A stretch of DNA of 64,000 bases from Octopus bimaculoides (GCF_001194135.2 NC_068982.1:13543255-13607254), one strand, 5' to 3'; positions 25,893-39,110 are shown, counted from the first letter of the stretch. The notes: a model not told the origin generated them from the sequence alone. Program-made: numbers and translations.

Positions 25893-26364
25893 TTAACCCT
25901 TTCGTTACCAACCTAGCTGAAACCAGCTCTGGCTCTGTAGTACAAATGTTTTGTTTTCATAAGTTTTGAATTAAAATCTTCCACTGAACCTTAGTCACAA
26001 TTTATGTTACTAACACCAGCTTAATGATAACTAAGTTATTTTACTAAATTCTTTGTTATATTTAAAATTGATTGAAAGAAATGCAGAGAATTTTAACAGA
26101 AATATGGTAACTAAAGGGTTAACAAATGATTAATTTAACCCTTTTGATACCAACCCAGCTGAAACCAGCTCTGGTTCTGTAGTACAAATGTCTTGTTTTT
26201 ATAAGTTTTGAATTAAAATCTTCCACCAAATGTTAGTCACAATTTATGTTCCTAACACTAGCTTAATGATAACTAAGTTATTTTACTAAATTCTTTGTTC
26301 TATCTAAAATTAATTGAAAGAAACACAGAGCATCTCAATATAAATACAGTAAGGAAAGGGTTAA
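25893..26364 (+). mobile_element. Dimeric TTAA-flanked (piggyBac-like) MITE: two ~230-bp units plus 12-bp spacer
   Basis: TTAACCCTTT...AAAGGGTTAA at 25893-26122 and 26135-26364; spacer CAAATGATTAAT. Confidence 0.8.
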
Positions 26365-27737
26365 TATTATTCACATCTACTTCCAGTAATATACATTGTA
26401 AAGTAGTATTCAAGCTCTTGACAGCCAAAATCTGAGACAGTTTGTAACTATTTTCACTTCACTTGTCTGTCCTTGAGTAAAAGCATAAACATTACAGCTT
26501 CTATTTATTCATCGCCTATAATCAACAGAACTGATCAGCCATTAATCTCTACTTAGAAGAAGTTAAGCAATTGATTAATCATCACACTTGTACAAAATAA
26601 ACAAAATATTGATTGATTGATCTGCTGGTAATGTAAAAATATTACTTTTGGAATATGTTTCAAAAAATAAATATTTTATTCATTTCTAATAATTTAATAA
26701 ATATATGTAAATAAGATTCTTGAAATTGTAGTCTCATATTTTAAAATTCATAGAAGATTTAATATAATACATCAATTTGATAGTTATTTATTAGCAGCAA
26801 GTTATTCTTCATAGTTACATGTTGAACTAGAAAAGCTATTTTTTAAAAATAAGTCTATGTTATAACATCTTGCGTCTCAGTTCAAGATTATTTCAGTATT
26901 ATAGATCTCTTGTAGGAATGCTCAGGAAAGAAACTAGGATAATGCAAAGAGACGACGCATGAGAATTAGATGAGGTATGAATGTAAGAAAGTGCAATAAA
27001 CCAAATGAAAGAAAGCAAAAAAAAAAAAAGATCAACATTGAATACAGGAAGGAAAGCTTTTTAAATATAGCTCTAAATAATATAATAGGCATATAATTCA
27101 CTGGATTGCTAATCAATAAATGATGTCCTTCACAAAGATCTCTCATACTGCAAATCATAGAAAAGGCTCAAACATAATTCTGAATAAACATTTTAATCTT
27201 TTGTTACATGAGATGGGATAAATTCGTTTCCAGCAAGAAGCTTTAAAAATATTGTTTTCTTTATCCAGCTCGGCAAATGCTTGTTTTCTTTTCACTTTTG
27301 TACTTATCATGCTTCCTTTACAGGCAGTCCACATCAAAATTTGAAGAAGAACCAGTATTCAACAGATGCTCCAAAACATTAATAACAAAAGAATGCTATT
27401 TCATTAAATTGTTTTAACTGAAACACATAAACAGCGTCTGAATAAACAATGCATTTCATTATGATTATTGTCATATAAAGGTTAAATAAATGACTGTACT
27501 ATCCAAAGAATTTAGCTAAAAAATTAACATGCAGCTATTTCATCACATGTCATAGTAGATGCATTTTAATTTTGATTTCTTTTAGATTTCATTAGAATTA
27601 CATTAAACAATAAGTATAGAACAGTCTGATATCACAGAGGTTCAGTATAGCAACAACTTAGCTACAGTTAATGAAATCTGTCATCATCATTGTCATTGTC
27701 AACATCATTGTCATTTTTATAATGACAACATTTCTGT

Positions 27738-27882
27738 ATACTCTTACTCTTTTACTTGTTTCAGTCATTTGACTGTGGCCATGCTGGAGCACCACCTTTA
27801 GTCGAGCAAATCGACCCCAGGACTTATTCTATGTAAGCATCAGTTGTCAAGCGACATTGGTGGGACAAACACAGACACACAA

Positions 27883-27935
<53 letters not shown>

Positions 27936-28105
27936 CATATATATATACAACGGGCTTCTTTCAGTTTCTGTCTACCAAATCCACTCACAAGGCTTTGGTC
28001 GGCCCGAGGCTATAGTAGAAGACACTTGCCCAAGGTGCCACGCAGTGGGACTGAACCCAGAATGATGTAGTTGGTAAGCAAGCTACTTACCACACAGCCA
28101 CTCCA
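27738..28105 (-). mobile_element. SINE family A with internal deletion
   Basis: Same head and tail as other family A copies. Confidence 0.85.
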
Positions 28106-28442
28106 ATGCCTATATGCATAGATTAGATGAGATTTGCTGAGACAAAATTATGTGACAGGTTGGACCAAGCAGTGTAATAGTATAAATAAATAACACTATA
28201 TTGGGACGTATTTTCACTCAGGGTGTCCAGAATTCACCCTTCACACCGAGCAAACTTGGTGGAGTTGCCAGTTTAGTCACCAACAACCTGACCGTGCCAC
28301 AGGATGCATTGGATTACATGTTACCAGTAATACAAAAGTGACTTGGCATAATATCATCATCATCATCGTTTAACATCTGCCTTCAAATGATGATATAAAT
28401 ACATGCATACAGACATACATACATATATATTTATAGAAAACA

Positions 28443-28598
28443 AAGTGGCTGTGTGGTAAGTAGCTTGTTTACCAACCACATGGTTCTGGGTTCAATCTCA
28501 CTGAATGACACCTTATCCAAGAGTCTTCTTCTATTGCCTCAGACTGACCAAAGGTTTGTGAATGAATTTGGTAAATGAAAACTGAAAGAAGCCTGTTG

Positions 28599-28633
<35 letters not shown>

Positions 28634-28875
28634 ATTTCTTGTGTGTATATGTTTGTGTGTGTGTGTGCCTTTGTCCCCACCACCACCACCATCGCTTGAT
28701 AACCGATGCTGCTGTGTTTATGTCCCCCCGTAACTTAGCAGTTCGGCAAAATACACTGATAGAATAAATACTAGGCTAACAAAGAATAAGTCCTGGGGTC
28801 GATTTGCTCAATTAAAAACGGTGCTCCAGCATGGTCACAGTCAAATCACTGAAACAAATAAAAGTAAAAGAAAGA
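28443..28875 (+). mobile_element. SINE family A
   Basis: gtggctgtgtggtaagtagcttg...cactgaaacaaataaaagtaaaag. Confidence 0.85.
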
Positions 28876-28915
28876 TGACACTAGAAAAGTCAAACGTTAT
28901 GTAATGAATTTCATT

Positions 28916-28982
28916 AGCTTACAGCCGTTTCTGCTATAAGATGTGGTAGACTCGTATATCATCCTATAGCTTCATCAGAGCC
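28916..28982 (-). ncRNA. Minimal type-I hammerhead ribozyme motif (PLE-type)
   Basis: Minus strand: GGCT-CTGATGA-A-GCTATAGGATG..CATCTTATAGC-A-GAAAC-GGCT-GTA-AGCT. Intact core, 11-bp stem II, GUA site, 4-bp stem I. Confidence 0.65.
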
Positions 28983-29073
28983 TTTACCATTCTATACTCA
29001 TATAACATTGTTCTGGATGTATATTGAGTTCTACACTAGGTTATTAGTTTCACTATACCTAAGCAAAATATTA

Positions 29074-29104
<31 letters not shown>

Positions 29105-29407
29105 NNNNNNNNNNNNNNNNNNNNNNNNNNNNNNNNNNNNNNNNNNNNNNNNNNNNNNNNNNNNNNNNNNNNNNNNNNNNNNNNNNNNNNNNNNNNNNNN
29201 NNNNNNNNNNNNNNNNNNNNNNNNNNNNNNNNNNNNNNNNNNNNNNNNNNNNNNNNNNNNNNNNNNNNNNNNNNNNNNNNNNNNNNNNNNAATCAATCAG
29301 GTACAACCCTTCAGAATTATATGCATCTACATATCGTACCTTGGGGTCTTATTTGTCTTATATTTATATATTTATCAGTAAATATACAAAATATCTGATA
29401 AAAGTCA

Positions 29408-30080
29408 ATATTAATTCAATTTTGGGCGATTAATCGATATGCAGATATTCTATTTCAGATAATACAAAAAATGACCTAATGATTGTATTTGAAAATTAAC
29501 TCATGGTATCAGTTTGCACATCACGAAATAATACATAAAGGATATAACTAAAATTACCAGCAGGGTATATATTATATTTTATTAATTATCTCCTACTTTA
29601 GTTAATACTTAAATTTATTAAATATGAAGGAACTACACATGTTTCAGTATTGGAAGATTACAATATATATACAGATACACAACTGTATACATATATATAT
29701 ATACATATATAAATACATATATGCAATTGTCAAATTTACAATTATTCCAACACATCTTCAGGTTCTTTTTGAAAATATTATATATCTAATTTTCTACCCC
29801 TTTAAAAAATAAGCAATACAATTAAGCATTAAAGATCAAGAATTAAGAATTAAATATTAAGAATAAAAATTATACTTTGTAATATTAAGAATTAGAATTT
29901 ATAAATTATACATTATGAATATGAATTAGTAATTTTTGGTTATATCCTTTAAGTATTATTTCGTGATGTGCAAACTGATACCATGAATTTACTTTCAGAT
30001 AAACTCATTAGGTTATTTTTTTGTATTGTCTGAAATAGAATACCTGCATATCGTTTAATCCCCCAAAATTGAATTAATAT
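29408..30080. mobile_element. Foldback/MITE-like element with ~150-bp imperfect terminal inverted repeats
   Basis: 29408-29557 is the reverse complement of 29929-30080 (estimated 85-90% identity by eye), with a ~370-bp AT-rich spacer. Confidence 0.7.
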
Positions 30081-30979
30081 ATACATAAANNNNNNNNNNN
30101 NNNNNNNNNNNNNNNNNNNNNNNNNNNNNNNNNNNNNNNNNNNNNNNNNNNNNNNNNNNNNNNNNNNNNNNNNNNNNNNNNNNNNNNNNNNNNNNNNNNN
30201 NNNNNNNNNNNNNNNNNNNNNNNNNNNNNNNNNNNNNNNNNNNNNNNNNNNNNNNNNNNNNNNNNNNNNNNNNNNNNNNNNNNNNNNNNNNNNNNNNNNN
30301 NNNNNNNNNNNNNNNNNNNNNNNNNNNNNNNNNNNNNNNNNNNNNNNNNNNNNNNNNNNNNNNNNNNNNNNNNNNNNNNNNNNNNNNNNNNNNNNNNNNN
30401 NNNNNNNNNNNNNNNNNNNNNNNNNNNNNNNNNNNNNNNNNNNNNNNNNNNNNNNNNNNNNNNNNNNNNNNNNNNNNNNNNNNNNNNNNNNNNNNNNNNN
30501 NNNNNNNNNNNNNNNNNNNNNNNNNNNNNNNNNNNNNNNNNNNNNNNNNNNNNNNNNNNNNNNNNNNNNNNNNNNNNNNNNNNNNNNNNNNNNNNNNNNN
30601 NNNNNNNNNNNNNNNNNNNNNNNNNNNNNNNNNNNNNNNNNNNNNNNNNNNNNNNNNNNNNNNNNNNNNNNNNNNNNNNNNNNNNNNNNNNNNNNNNNNN
30701 NNNNNNNNNNNNNNNNNNNNNNNNNNNNNNNNNNNNNNNNNNNNNNNNNNNNNNNNNNNNNNNNNNNNNNNNNNNNNNNNNNNNNNNNNNNNNNNNNNNN
30801 NNNNNNNNNNNNNNNNNNNNNNNNNNNNNNNNNNNNNNNNNNNNNNNNNNNNNNNNNNNNNNNNNNNNNNNNNNNNNNNNNNNNNNNNNNNNNNNNNNNN
30901 NNNNNNNNNNNNNNNNNNNNNNNNNNNNNNNNNNNNNNNNNNNNNNNNNNNNNNNNNNNNNNNNNNNNNNNNNGTTTGT

Positions 30980-31449
30980 TTGACCCTTTTGTTACTGTAT
31001 TTATTTTGAGATGCACTGTGTGTCTTGCAATTAATTTTAGATATAACAAAAAATTTAGTAATATAACTTAGTTATCATTAAGCTAGTGTTAGGGACATAA
31101 ATTGTGACGAAGGTTTGATAGAAGAATTTAATTCAAAACTTATTCAAACAAGACATTTGTACTCAGAGCCAGGGCAGGTTTCAGCCAGGTTAGTAACAAA
31201 AGGGTTAAATTAATCATTTGTTAACCCTTTTGTTCCCATATTTTTATTGAGATGTTCTGTATTTCTTTCAATTAATTTTAGATATAACAAGGAATTTAAT
31301 AAAATAATTTAGTCATCATTCAGCTGGTGTTAGGTACATAAATAGTGACTAAGGTTTGGTGGAAGATTTTAATTCAAAGCTCATGAAAACAAGACATTTG
31401 TACTCAGAGCCAGAGCTGGTTTCAGCCAGGTTGGTAATGAAAGGTTTAA
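30980..31449 (-). mobile_element. Second copy of the dimeric TTAA MITE, inverted
   Basis: Units 30980-31208 and 31221-31449; spacer ATTAATCATTTG is the exact reverse complement of 26123-26134. Confidence 0.8.
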
Positions 31450-32781
31450 GTCAGTCTAAGCCTCATAGTAGAAGGCAAACACTTACTCAAAGTGCTGTGC
31501 AGTGGGACTGAATAAAAAAAAAACATACAATTGTGAAGTGTACTTCTCAACCACAGAGCCATGCCTATCAGTAAAATTCAGAAATACAAAATGTCTGCCA
31601 TTTACTTCAAAATGTGTTTACTAAAATATTCTTGAACTGATTGTGCTATATGTTGAACTCTTTGACTATTATTGGATTTCTACAAACAGTTCAGTTACTA
31701 CTGTTTTGTATCCTTGAATAAGCTGCATTAATCTATCAGAAAGCAATTAAGACATCACTGTCCCTTTCAAGGACGGATTAGCATCAAAATGTTAGAATCT
31801 CGGACCATCTTAAGAGAATTTATAAATTTCCAGTCAAAGCAACACACTAGGACTCACTGTATTAATTTATTGATAGCAACCTACAGCATACACAGCATTG
31901 GACCCCAAAACCCATGGGGCCCTTGAGCAATTGTCCAGCATCTCCATGCCTTGAAACTGCACTACAAAAGACCTTGTCTTCAGCAATTATTTCAAATAAG
32001 ATAATGATAAGACCCATCTAATCCATGTTGCATTCCTAATCATTTTATTGCCTGCTTTCATAAGACAAGTGTAAGAAGATTTGTTTGCCAACTTCTTTGT
32101 GTAGCCCTAAATTTATAAGAGATGATGGCTAAGTTCTCTCATCCTAATATTTATTTTACTTAATTCTTTTGCTTGTATCTTCTACTAGCCTGCCAAGGAT
32201 ATAATGTGGTTGTAAATAAGGTCATCTATTAGCAATGCATGTCTACAACAAAACAATCAGTTGTCTGGCATATGACAACTAATAGCTATTATAGTCACTT
32301 TTTCAGCTAACCTACTTTTGGTAGGTAAGCTCCTAGCTTACCTACTCAAAATTTGTTGTACATAAATACAAAATATTTTCTATAAGAGAACAGACATTGG
32401 TTTCTGAGAGACTCTACTGTCATATAACCATACATTGCTTAATAAAAATCAAAATGGGAAAGAAAATGAAAATAACTACCAAAATAATACATTTCAATGT
32501 ACTTTACTTCATTGCTGGAGATAACTTATTTTTCTCCTGTTTCCTTTCTTTTTAATGCTTTTGTCTTGCCATAGAAAACTGCAAACATGTCACAGAGGTC
32601 AGTTCTGTAAAGCCATTCTTTTAAGCTGTATATCAATGCTTCCTTTTCTGTTCAAATGCATTCATATAATGGCTGTGTGTGTGTGTTTGTTTGTGTCTGT
32701 GTGTGTATGTTTGCGTGTGTATATAAAGTGACAGATAAATAGATAGATTTACAAATATATACATATTCCCCACACACACAC

Positions 32782-32812
<31 letters not shown>

Positions 32813-33764
32813 TGTTTATATGTATACTCAAACACACACACACACACACATACGCACACACACATGCCCACACACTTGTACTTTCTCCCTCGATCTCATT
32901 CGCAGAAATAATTATTTCTTTTCATGATCTGTATCTCATTTGGCATGCTTATCACTCTTCAGCTGCCAACCCAGCAAAGAAGTGAATACATGGACCCTTG
33001 ACTAACATGACTGAAAGTTAAACAAATCTTGTTAATAAAAACACCTCCATAGATTCAGTCTTCCAAACTGAAAGGACAATTTTGAATACTAGTTAATTAT
33101 AGGAATTATAGGAATCTATTTTCTATCTTCTTTTCATATCTCTTCTTCCCCTTGTAAAAGGTATAAACACAAATAAGTAGAAATATACCCATATATATTA
33201 TGATAGTGTAGTATATTTTTATGGATTTTTATAGTCATCTATTCTGTGTACTGCCAAGAAAGATATACAGTGAAAGCTTTATATAAATATTATTGATTTT
33301 TTTCCCCTCCCTCCTTATCTTGTTATATATTGATCATTAGGTGATATTATACTTTTTTTATTTATTTTTGGTATTTTTCTTTTTAGAGTTACATTCTTAT
33401 GATCGTTGCATTATTAAACATATGTTTTAGACTAATGGAAATATTATTAGTTTTGTGACTGAATTGCTTTAATTTTATATATTTAAAAATAAATAATTTA
33501 TCTTGTTTAGGATTGTAATAGAATATTGACCACACTAAAAGGATTAGTGTCTGCATAGAGTGAGAGAGAGAGAGACCCTGTTTTCCTTCTCGCTCCCAAA
33601 TTAACATTAGTCATATAATGTGGGGCCCCAGTTACAGAAATCTACATGGTTGTTGTCTACAACTACAGTCATTCCTTCCCTGCATGTGGTTAGTATAAGA
33701 AAGAGCCTCGACACAGCTGTTCAATCTACAAGAAATAACCAAATCTCACTCAAATTCAAAACTA

Positions 33765-34180
33765 TTACCTCTTTTACTCTTTTACTTGTTTCACTCATTT
33801 GACTGTGGCTATGCTGGAGCACCACCTTTAGTCGAGCAAATCGACCCCAGGACTTATTCTTTGGAATCCTAGTACTTATTCTATCAGTCTCTTTTTGCCG
33901 AACCGCTATGTTATGGGGATGTAAACACACCACCATCGGTTGTCAAGCGAGGCTGGAGGGGACAAACACAGACACACAAACATATACACACACACATATA
34001 TATATATATATGCATATATACGACGGGCTTCTTTCAGTTTCCATCTACCAAATCCACTCACAAGGCTTTGGTCGGCCCAAGGCTATAGTAGAAGACACTT
34101 GCCCAAGGTGCCATGCAATGGGAATGAACCCAGAACCATGTGGTTGGTAAGCAAGCAACTTACCATACAGCCACTCCTGT
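33765..34180 (-). mobile_element. SINE family A
   Basis: Full-length reverse copy. Confidence 0.88.
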
Positions 34181-34556
34181 GCTATTACCTGAAGAAAAAA
34201 GGTGAGAAAAAGAGGAAGGCTACATTGGATAATTTAGTGCAGGGACATATGCTTGAAAAATGTGAGGATGATCATGGCTGGAAAGCCTTTGAACACAGTT
34301 CTGTGCATTCAGTACTGCTGTGTAGTTAAATAACAACAATTAAAAATGAATTAAAATTAATCTTGTTTGCTTTTATCTAGTTTGCTTGTTGTTGCTGTTG
34401 TTTAACACTCCTCCCACCAACCCAGCTCTTATTGAGCCCTGATTATTATCAACAATACTTTTTAAAAATAGTAATGTATTTACTTGAAGAATATTTGATT
34501 GCTATTTCTAGCACGGCAAGCAACTATGTAGAGGCTACTTTATTGGCCCTGATTAT

Positions 34557-34741
34557 TCAACCTTTTAGCATTTAAACCAGCCAGATCTGGCCTCTCATAC
34601 CTTACTCTGCAATGTCATTCTAAAACTTAACAATCACATCATCGCAAGCTTGTCGCTATGAGATATTGTAGGATTAATACAAGACAATGTCAATAAACAA
34701 ACATTGCTTTTAACAGAATAATCTGAATGCTAAAAAGTTAA
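34557..34741. mobile_element. Second TTAA/CCCT-type MITE family (degenerate)
   Basis: Ends ttcaaccttttagcatt...aatgctaaaaagttaa. Confidence 0.55.
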
Positions 34742-35179
34742 GAGTTTATTCAAATATCTCAGAAACTGCTGAAGCTAAGAAGTCCAAATATTTCAGTTTG
34801 ACCATAAATTTGCATAGGGGTTGCAAACCCAGGTCCAAAGTTTTTTATAAATAAGGTCAATTTTTTCAATCTTAATATCAAAGCAAACACAGGTATAGTA
34901 ATAATGATGATTATAATATTTGTACGCCAATCGAATCAGATAAATCCAAAAGTAATGTTTCAAATCAGTCCAAAATTTCTTCTACACTCGTTTGTTTTGA
35001 TGATGAAAATTTCAAGAAGATATTCAAAATGATTTTATTTCCCCTCTTTCAAAAAACAAAAAAAAAAAATTTGGGGAATACTCTTGTACCCCTGCATTCC
35101 CTGTTCCCAGGCTTATGAATTTGGTTAAGTTTTAATATTTGATCAGCAGAATCATTTGAGTATTGGACCAAATTCCATA

Positions 35180-35320
35180 CACTGGCAACACCAGGCTGCC
35201 AAATTAGATTGGAGCCTGGTGTTGCCATCCGGTTTCACCAGTCCTCAGTCAAATCGTCCAACCCATGCTAGCATGGAAAGCGGACGTTAAACGATGATGA
35301 TGATGATGATGATGATGTTT
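35180..35320 (+). mobile_element. RTE 3' terminus
   Basis: gccaaattagattggagcc...gcggacgttaaacgatgatgatg. Confidence 0.85.
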
Positions 35321-35409
35321 GTTCAGACTTTTTGTCTCATGAGTTCAAATCCTATCAAAGTTGCTTCATTTTCCATCCTTCTAGTGTTGATAACATAAAT
35401 TAAGTGCAG

Positions 35410-35640
35410 TGAGCTGGCAGAATCGTTAGCAGGCCGGGTGAAATGCTTAGCAGTATTTTATCTGTCTTTACGTTCTGAATTCAAATTCCACCAAGGTCGA
35501 CTTTGCCTTTCGTCCTTTCGGAGTCAATTAAATAAGTACCAGTTATGCACTGAGGTCGATGTAATTGACTTAATCCCTTTGTCTGCCCTTGTTTGTCCCC
35601 TCTATATTTAGCTCCTTGTGGGCAATAAAGAAATAAATAT
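35410..35640 (+). mobile_element. tRNA-derived SINE family C (tail type C2)
   Basis: gtgagctggcagaatcgttag...ttctgaattcaaattcc (B-box-like)...aataagtaccagtt...cttgtgggcaataaagaaataa. Confidence 0.8.
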
Positions 35641-38234
35641 CAATTACTAATTGAACATCTGGACTGACATAACTGACTGTTGCCTCGTAACTAGGTAAGA
35701 AATTAATACTTGAAATTTTTGGTAAATTCTGAGCAAACTACATCGAATTTTACATTTAAAAAAAATGAAAGATTTATATAAAAGTAAGATTATAAAAAAA
35801 ATAAACAGAAAAAACGAAATGCAATAAAAACACTGGTTACAGGAAAATACAAAATCAATCACACAAGACATAATGCAATAGAAATAATGTTCACTCATAT
35901 AATTAATTACAAAGTAACACAATTTCTTTTAGATATTATTGGCTATTATAGCAAAATACACTCAAATACTAATTAACATAAACAGAAATTTTTTTTCCAT
36001 TTTGTATTCATTCATTAAATTTTGGCTATTATTGTGACAAATATGTCTTCCTGTGTATCTTCCTGATTACATAAAACAAATGGCATCAAATTAGCAGAAT
36101 AATTGGAGCATTTGATAAAATGCCTTGTGGCGTCTGTTCTAATTCTTTATGTTCTGAGTTCAAATCCTGTCATTGTAAAGCTTCCCCTTTGATCCTTCCA
36201 GAGGCAATGAAATAAAGCGTCAGTCTAGTGTGGGGATTAGACAGAATTATTCGAGAATTTTACAGAATATTTTGTTGTATTTGCTCCAAGTTTGAGGATT
36301 CATTGAAATAATTGAGAATACTCTTCAGCCTAAGCCCTTAATTCTGTTGATATTTAGTTGTGAAATATTGCAATTATACAGGAATATGGTGCCTGGTTAT
36401 GTCCCACTACTTGGCACCTTGGGCAAGCATCTTCTACCATATAGCCTCAGGCTGGCCAAAGCCTTGTGAGACAATTTGGCAAATGGAAACTGAAAGAAAT
36501 TCATTGGGGATATATATTATCATTCCTCATCATCATCATTTAACGTCCGCCTTCCATGCTAGCATGGGTTGGATGATTTGACTGAGGACTGGCGAACCAG
36601 ATGGCTGCACCAGCCTCCAATCTGATCTGGCAGAGTTTCTACAGCTGGATGCCCTTATATATATTTATATATATATATATATATANNNNNNNNNNNNNNN
36701 NNNNNNNNNNNNNNNNNNNNNNNNNNNNNNNNNNNNNNNNNNNNNNNNNNNNNNNNNNNNNNNNNNNNNNNNNNNNNNNNNNNNNNNNNNNNNNNNNNNN
36801 NNNNNNNNNNNNNNNNNNNNNNNNNNNNNNNNNNNNNNNNNNNNNNNNNNNNNNNNNNNNNNNNNNNNNNNNNNNNNNNNNNNNNNNNNNNNNNNNNNNN
36901 NNNNNNNNNNNNNNNNNNNNNNNNNNNNNNNNNNNNNNNNNNNNNNNNNNNNNNNNNNNNNNNNNNNNNNNNNNNNNNNNNNNNNNNNNNNNNNNNNNNN
37001 NNNNNNNNNNNNNNNNNNNNNNNNNNNNNNNNNNNNNNNNNNNNNNNNNNNNNNNNNNNNNNNNNNNNNNNNNNNNNNNNNNNNNNNNNNNNNNNNNNNN
37101 NNNNNNNNNNNNNNNNNNNNNNNNNNNNNNNNNNNNNNNNNNNNNNNNNNNNNNNNNNNNNNNNNNNNNNNNNNNNNNNNNNNNNNNNNNNNNNNNNNNN
37201 NNNNNNNNNNNNNNNNNNNNNNNNNNNNNNNNNNNNNNNNNNNNNNNNNNNNNNNNNNNNNNNNNNNNNNNNNNNNNNNNNNNNNNNNNNNNNNNNNNNN
37301 NNNNNNNNNNNNNNNNNNNNNNNNNNNNNNNNNNNNNNNNNNNNNNNNNNNNNNNNNNNNNNNNNNNNNNNNNNNNNNNNNNNNNNNNNNNNNNNNNNNN
37401 NNNNNNNNNNNNNNNNNNNNNNNNNNNNNNNNNNNNNNNNNNNNNNNNNNNNNNNNNNNNNNNNNNNNNNNNNNNNNNNNNNNNNNNNNNNNNNNNNNNN
37501 NNNNNNNNNNNNNNNNNNNNNNNNNNNNNNNNNNNNNNNNNNNNNNNNNNNNNNNNNNNNNNNNNNNNNNNNNNNNNNNNNNNNNNNNNNNNNNNNNNNN
37601 NNNNNNNNNNNNNNNNNNNNNNNNNTATATATATTTGTGTCTGTTTGTCACCCACTAATGTTTCTAGACAAAAGGTGTTGGTGTGTTTACATCTCCATAA
37701 CCCAGCAGTTCAGCAAAAGAGACTGAAAGAGCAAGCACCAGGCTTAAAAAAAAAAAATACTAAGCACTGCAGTCGATTCATTCAACTAACAATTCTTCAA
37801 GGTAGTGCTCCAGCTTGGCTACAGTCTGAAAAACAAGACTGAAAGAAGTAAAAGTGGTTGGCATTAGGAATGGCATCCAGCCATAGTAACCATGCCAAAA
37901 CAGACAACTGGAGCCTGGTGTAACTCTCTGGTTTACCAGCTCAGGTAAAACCGTCCAACCCATGCCAGCATGGACAATGGTCGTTAAGGGATGATGATGA
38001 TGATGATGATACGCTTCTCTTCACTCTATGTATGTTTTAAGCTTAGTTTCCTGTTTAGGCCATAGTAATATTGTTTTCAGATCTTGGCACAAGGCCAGTC
38101 ATTTCAGAAGAGGAGTTAAATTGATTATACTGATCGCAGTATATGACTGGTACTTATTTTATCAACCTCAAAAGCAATGAAAAGCAATGACCTCGGTAGA
38201 ATTTGATCTCAGAACATAAAGGTGGACGAAATAC

Positions 38235-38415
38235 TGCAGGAGTGGCTGTGTGGTAAGTAGCTTGCTAACCAACCACATGGTTCTGGGTTCAGTCCCACTG
38301 CGTGGCATTTTGGGCATGTGTCTTCTACTATAGCCTCGGGCCGACCAAAGCCTTGTCAGTGGATTTGGTAGACAGAAACTGAAAGAAGCCTGTCATATAT
38401 ATGTATATATATATA

Positions 38416-38497
<82 letters not shown>

Positions 38498-38715
38498 TGT
38501 ATATGTTTCTGTGTCTGTGTTTGTTCCCCCAACATCGCTTGGCAACCAATGCTGGTGTGTTTTCGTCCCCGTAACTTAGCGGTTCGTCAAAAAGAGACCA
38601 AAGGAATAAGTACTAGGCTTATAAAGAATTAGTCCTGGGATCGATTTGCTCGACTAAAGGTGGTGCTCCAGCATGGCCACAGCCAAACGACTGAAACAAG
38701 TAAAAGAGTAAAGTG
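38235..38715 (+). mobile_element. SINE family A with expanded internal (GT)n
   Basis: Full head and tail. Confidence 0.88.
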
Positions 38716-38869
38716 TTTTGCTCTGCATGCTAACGGTTCTACCAACTCCCTGCCTTGTCCATTGAAATATTTTATTAACTCAGCGTTGCAAAGTAAGGAT
38801 ACACTCATCAGTTAAGCAGAAACCCTGAGTGATTGATGGTAACCTGAACCACCTCATAGCATCTGTTTA

Positions 38870-39110
38870 CAGCTAGGTGGACTTAGACACGGAGAGCTGT
38901 TGCTTTCTTTCAAATCAAGTCAACCCTGATGGAGCAGACTTATAATCAAACGTATTCTAGATTCAACAATCTCATCTGTTCCATATATCTGAGATTATAT
39001 TATCCAATGTGTTCTTCCTGTTTTAAAAGACGGAAGTGTATGATCTGAGTGAGATTTAGTTCTAGTTTCTAGCATGTCACCTAATCACATAGAGACTTCT
39101 TTGGCAGATT
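38870..39110. repeat. Old unclassified interspersed repeat (family F)
   Basis: The motif gtgtatgat.tgag.gagattt.g...ctatttctagca recurs at ~45570, 51540, 62790 and 34490. Confidence 0.45.

Noticed and set aside
29949-37842. Long ORFs in the track (e.g. 366 aa, 413 aa, 338 aa) and all other X-rich ORFs
   Set aside because: They are open only because they run through N-gaps; the flanks are (TA)n.
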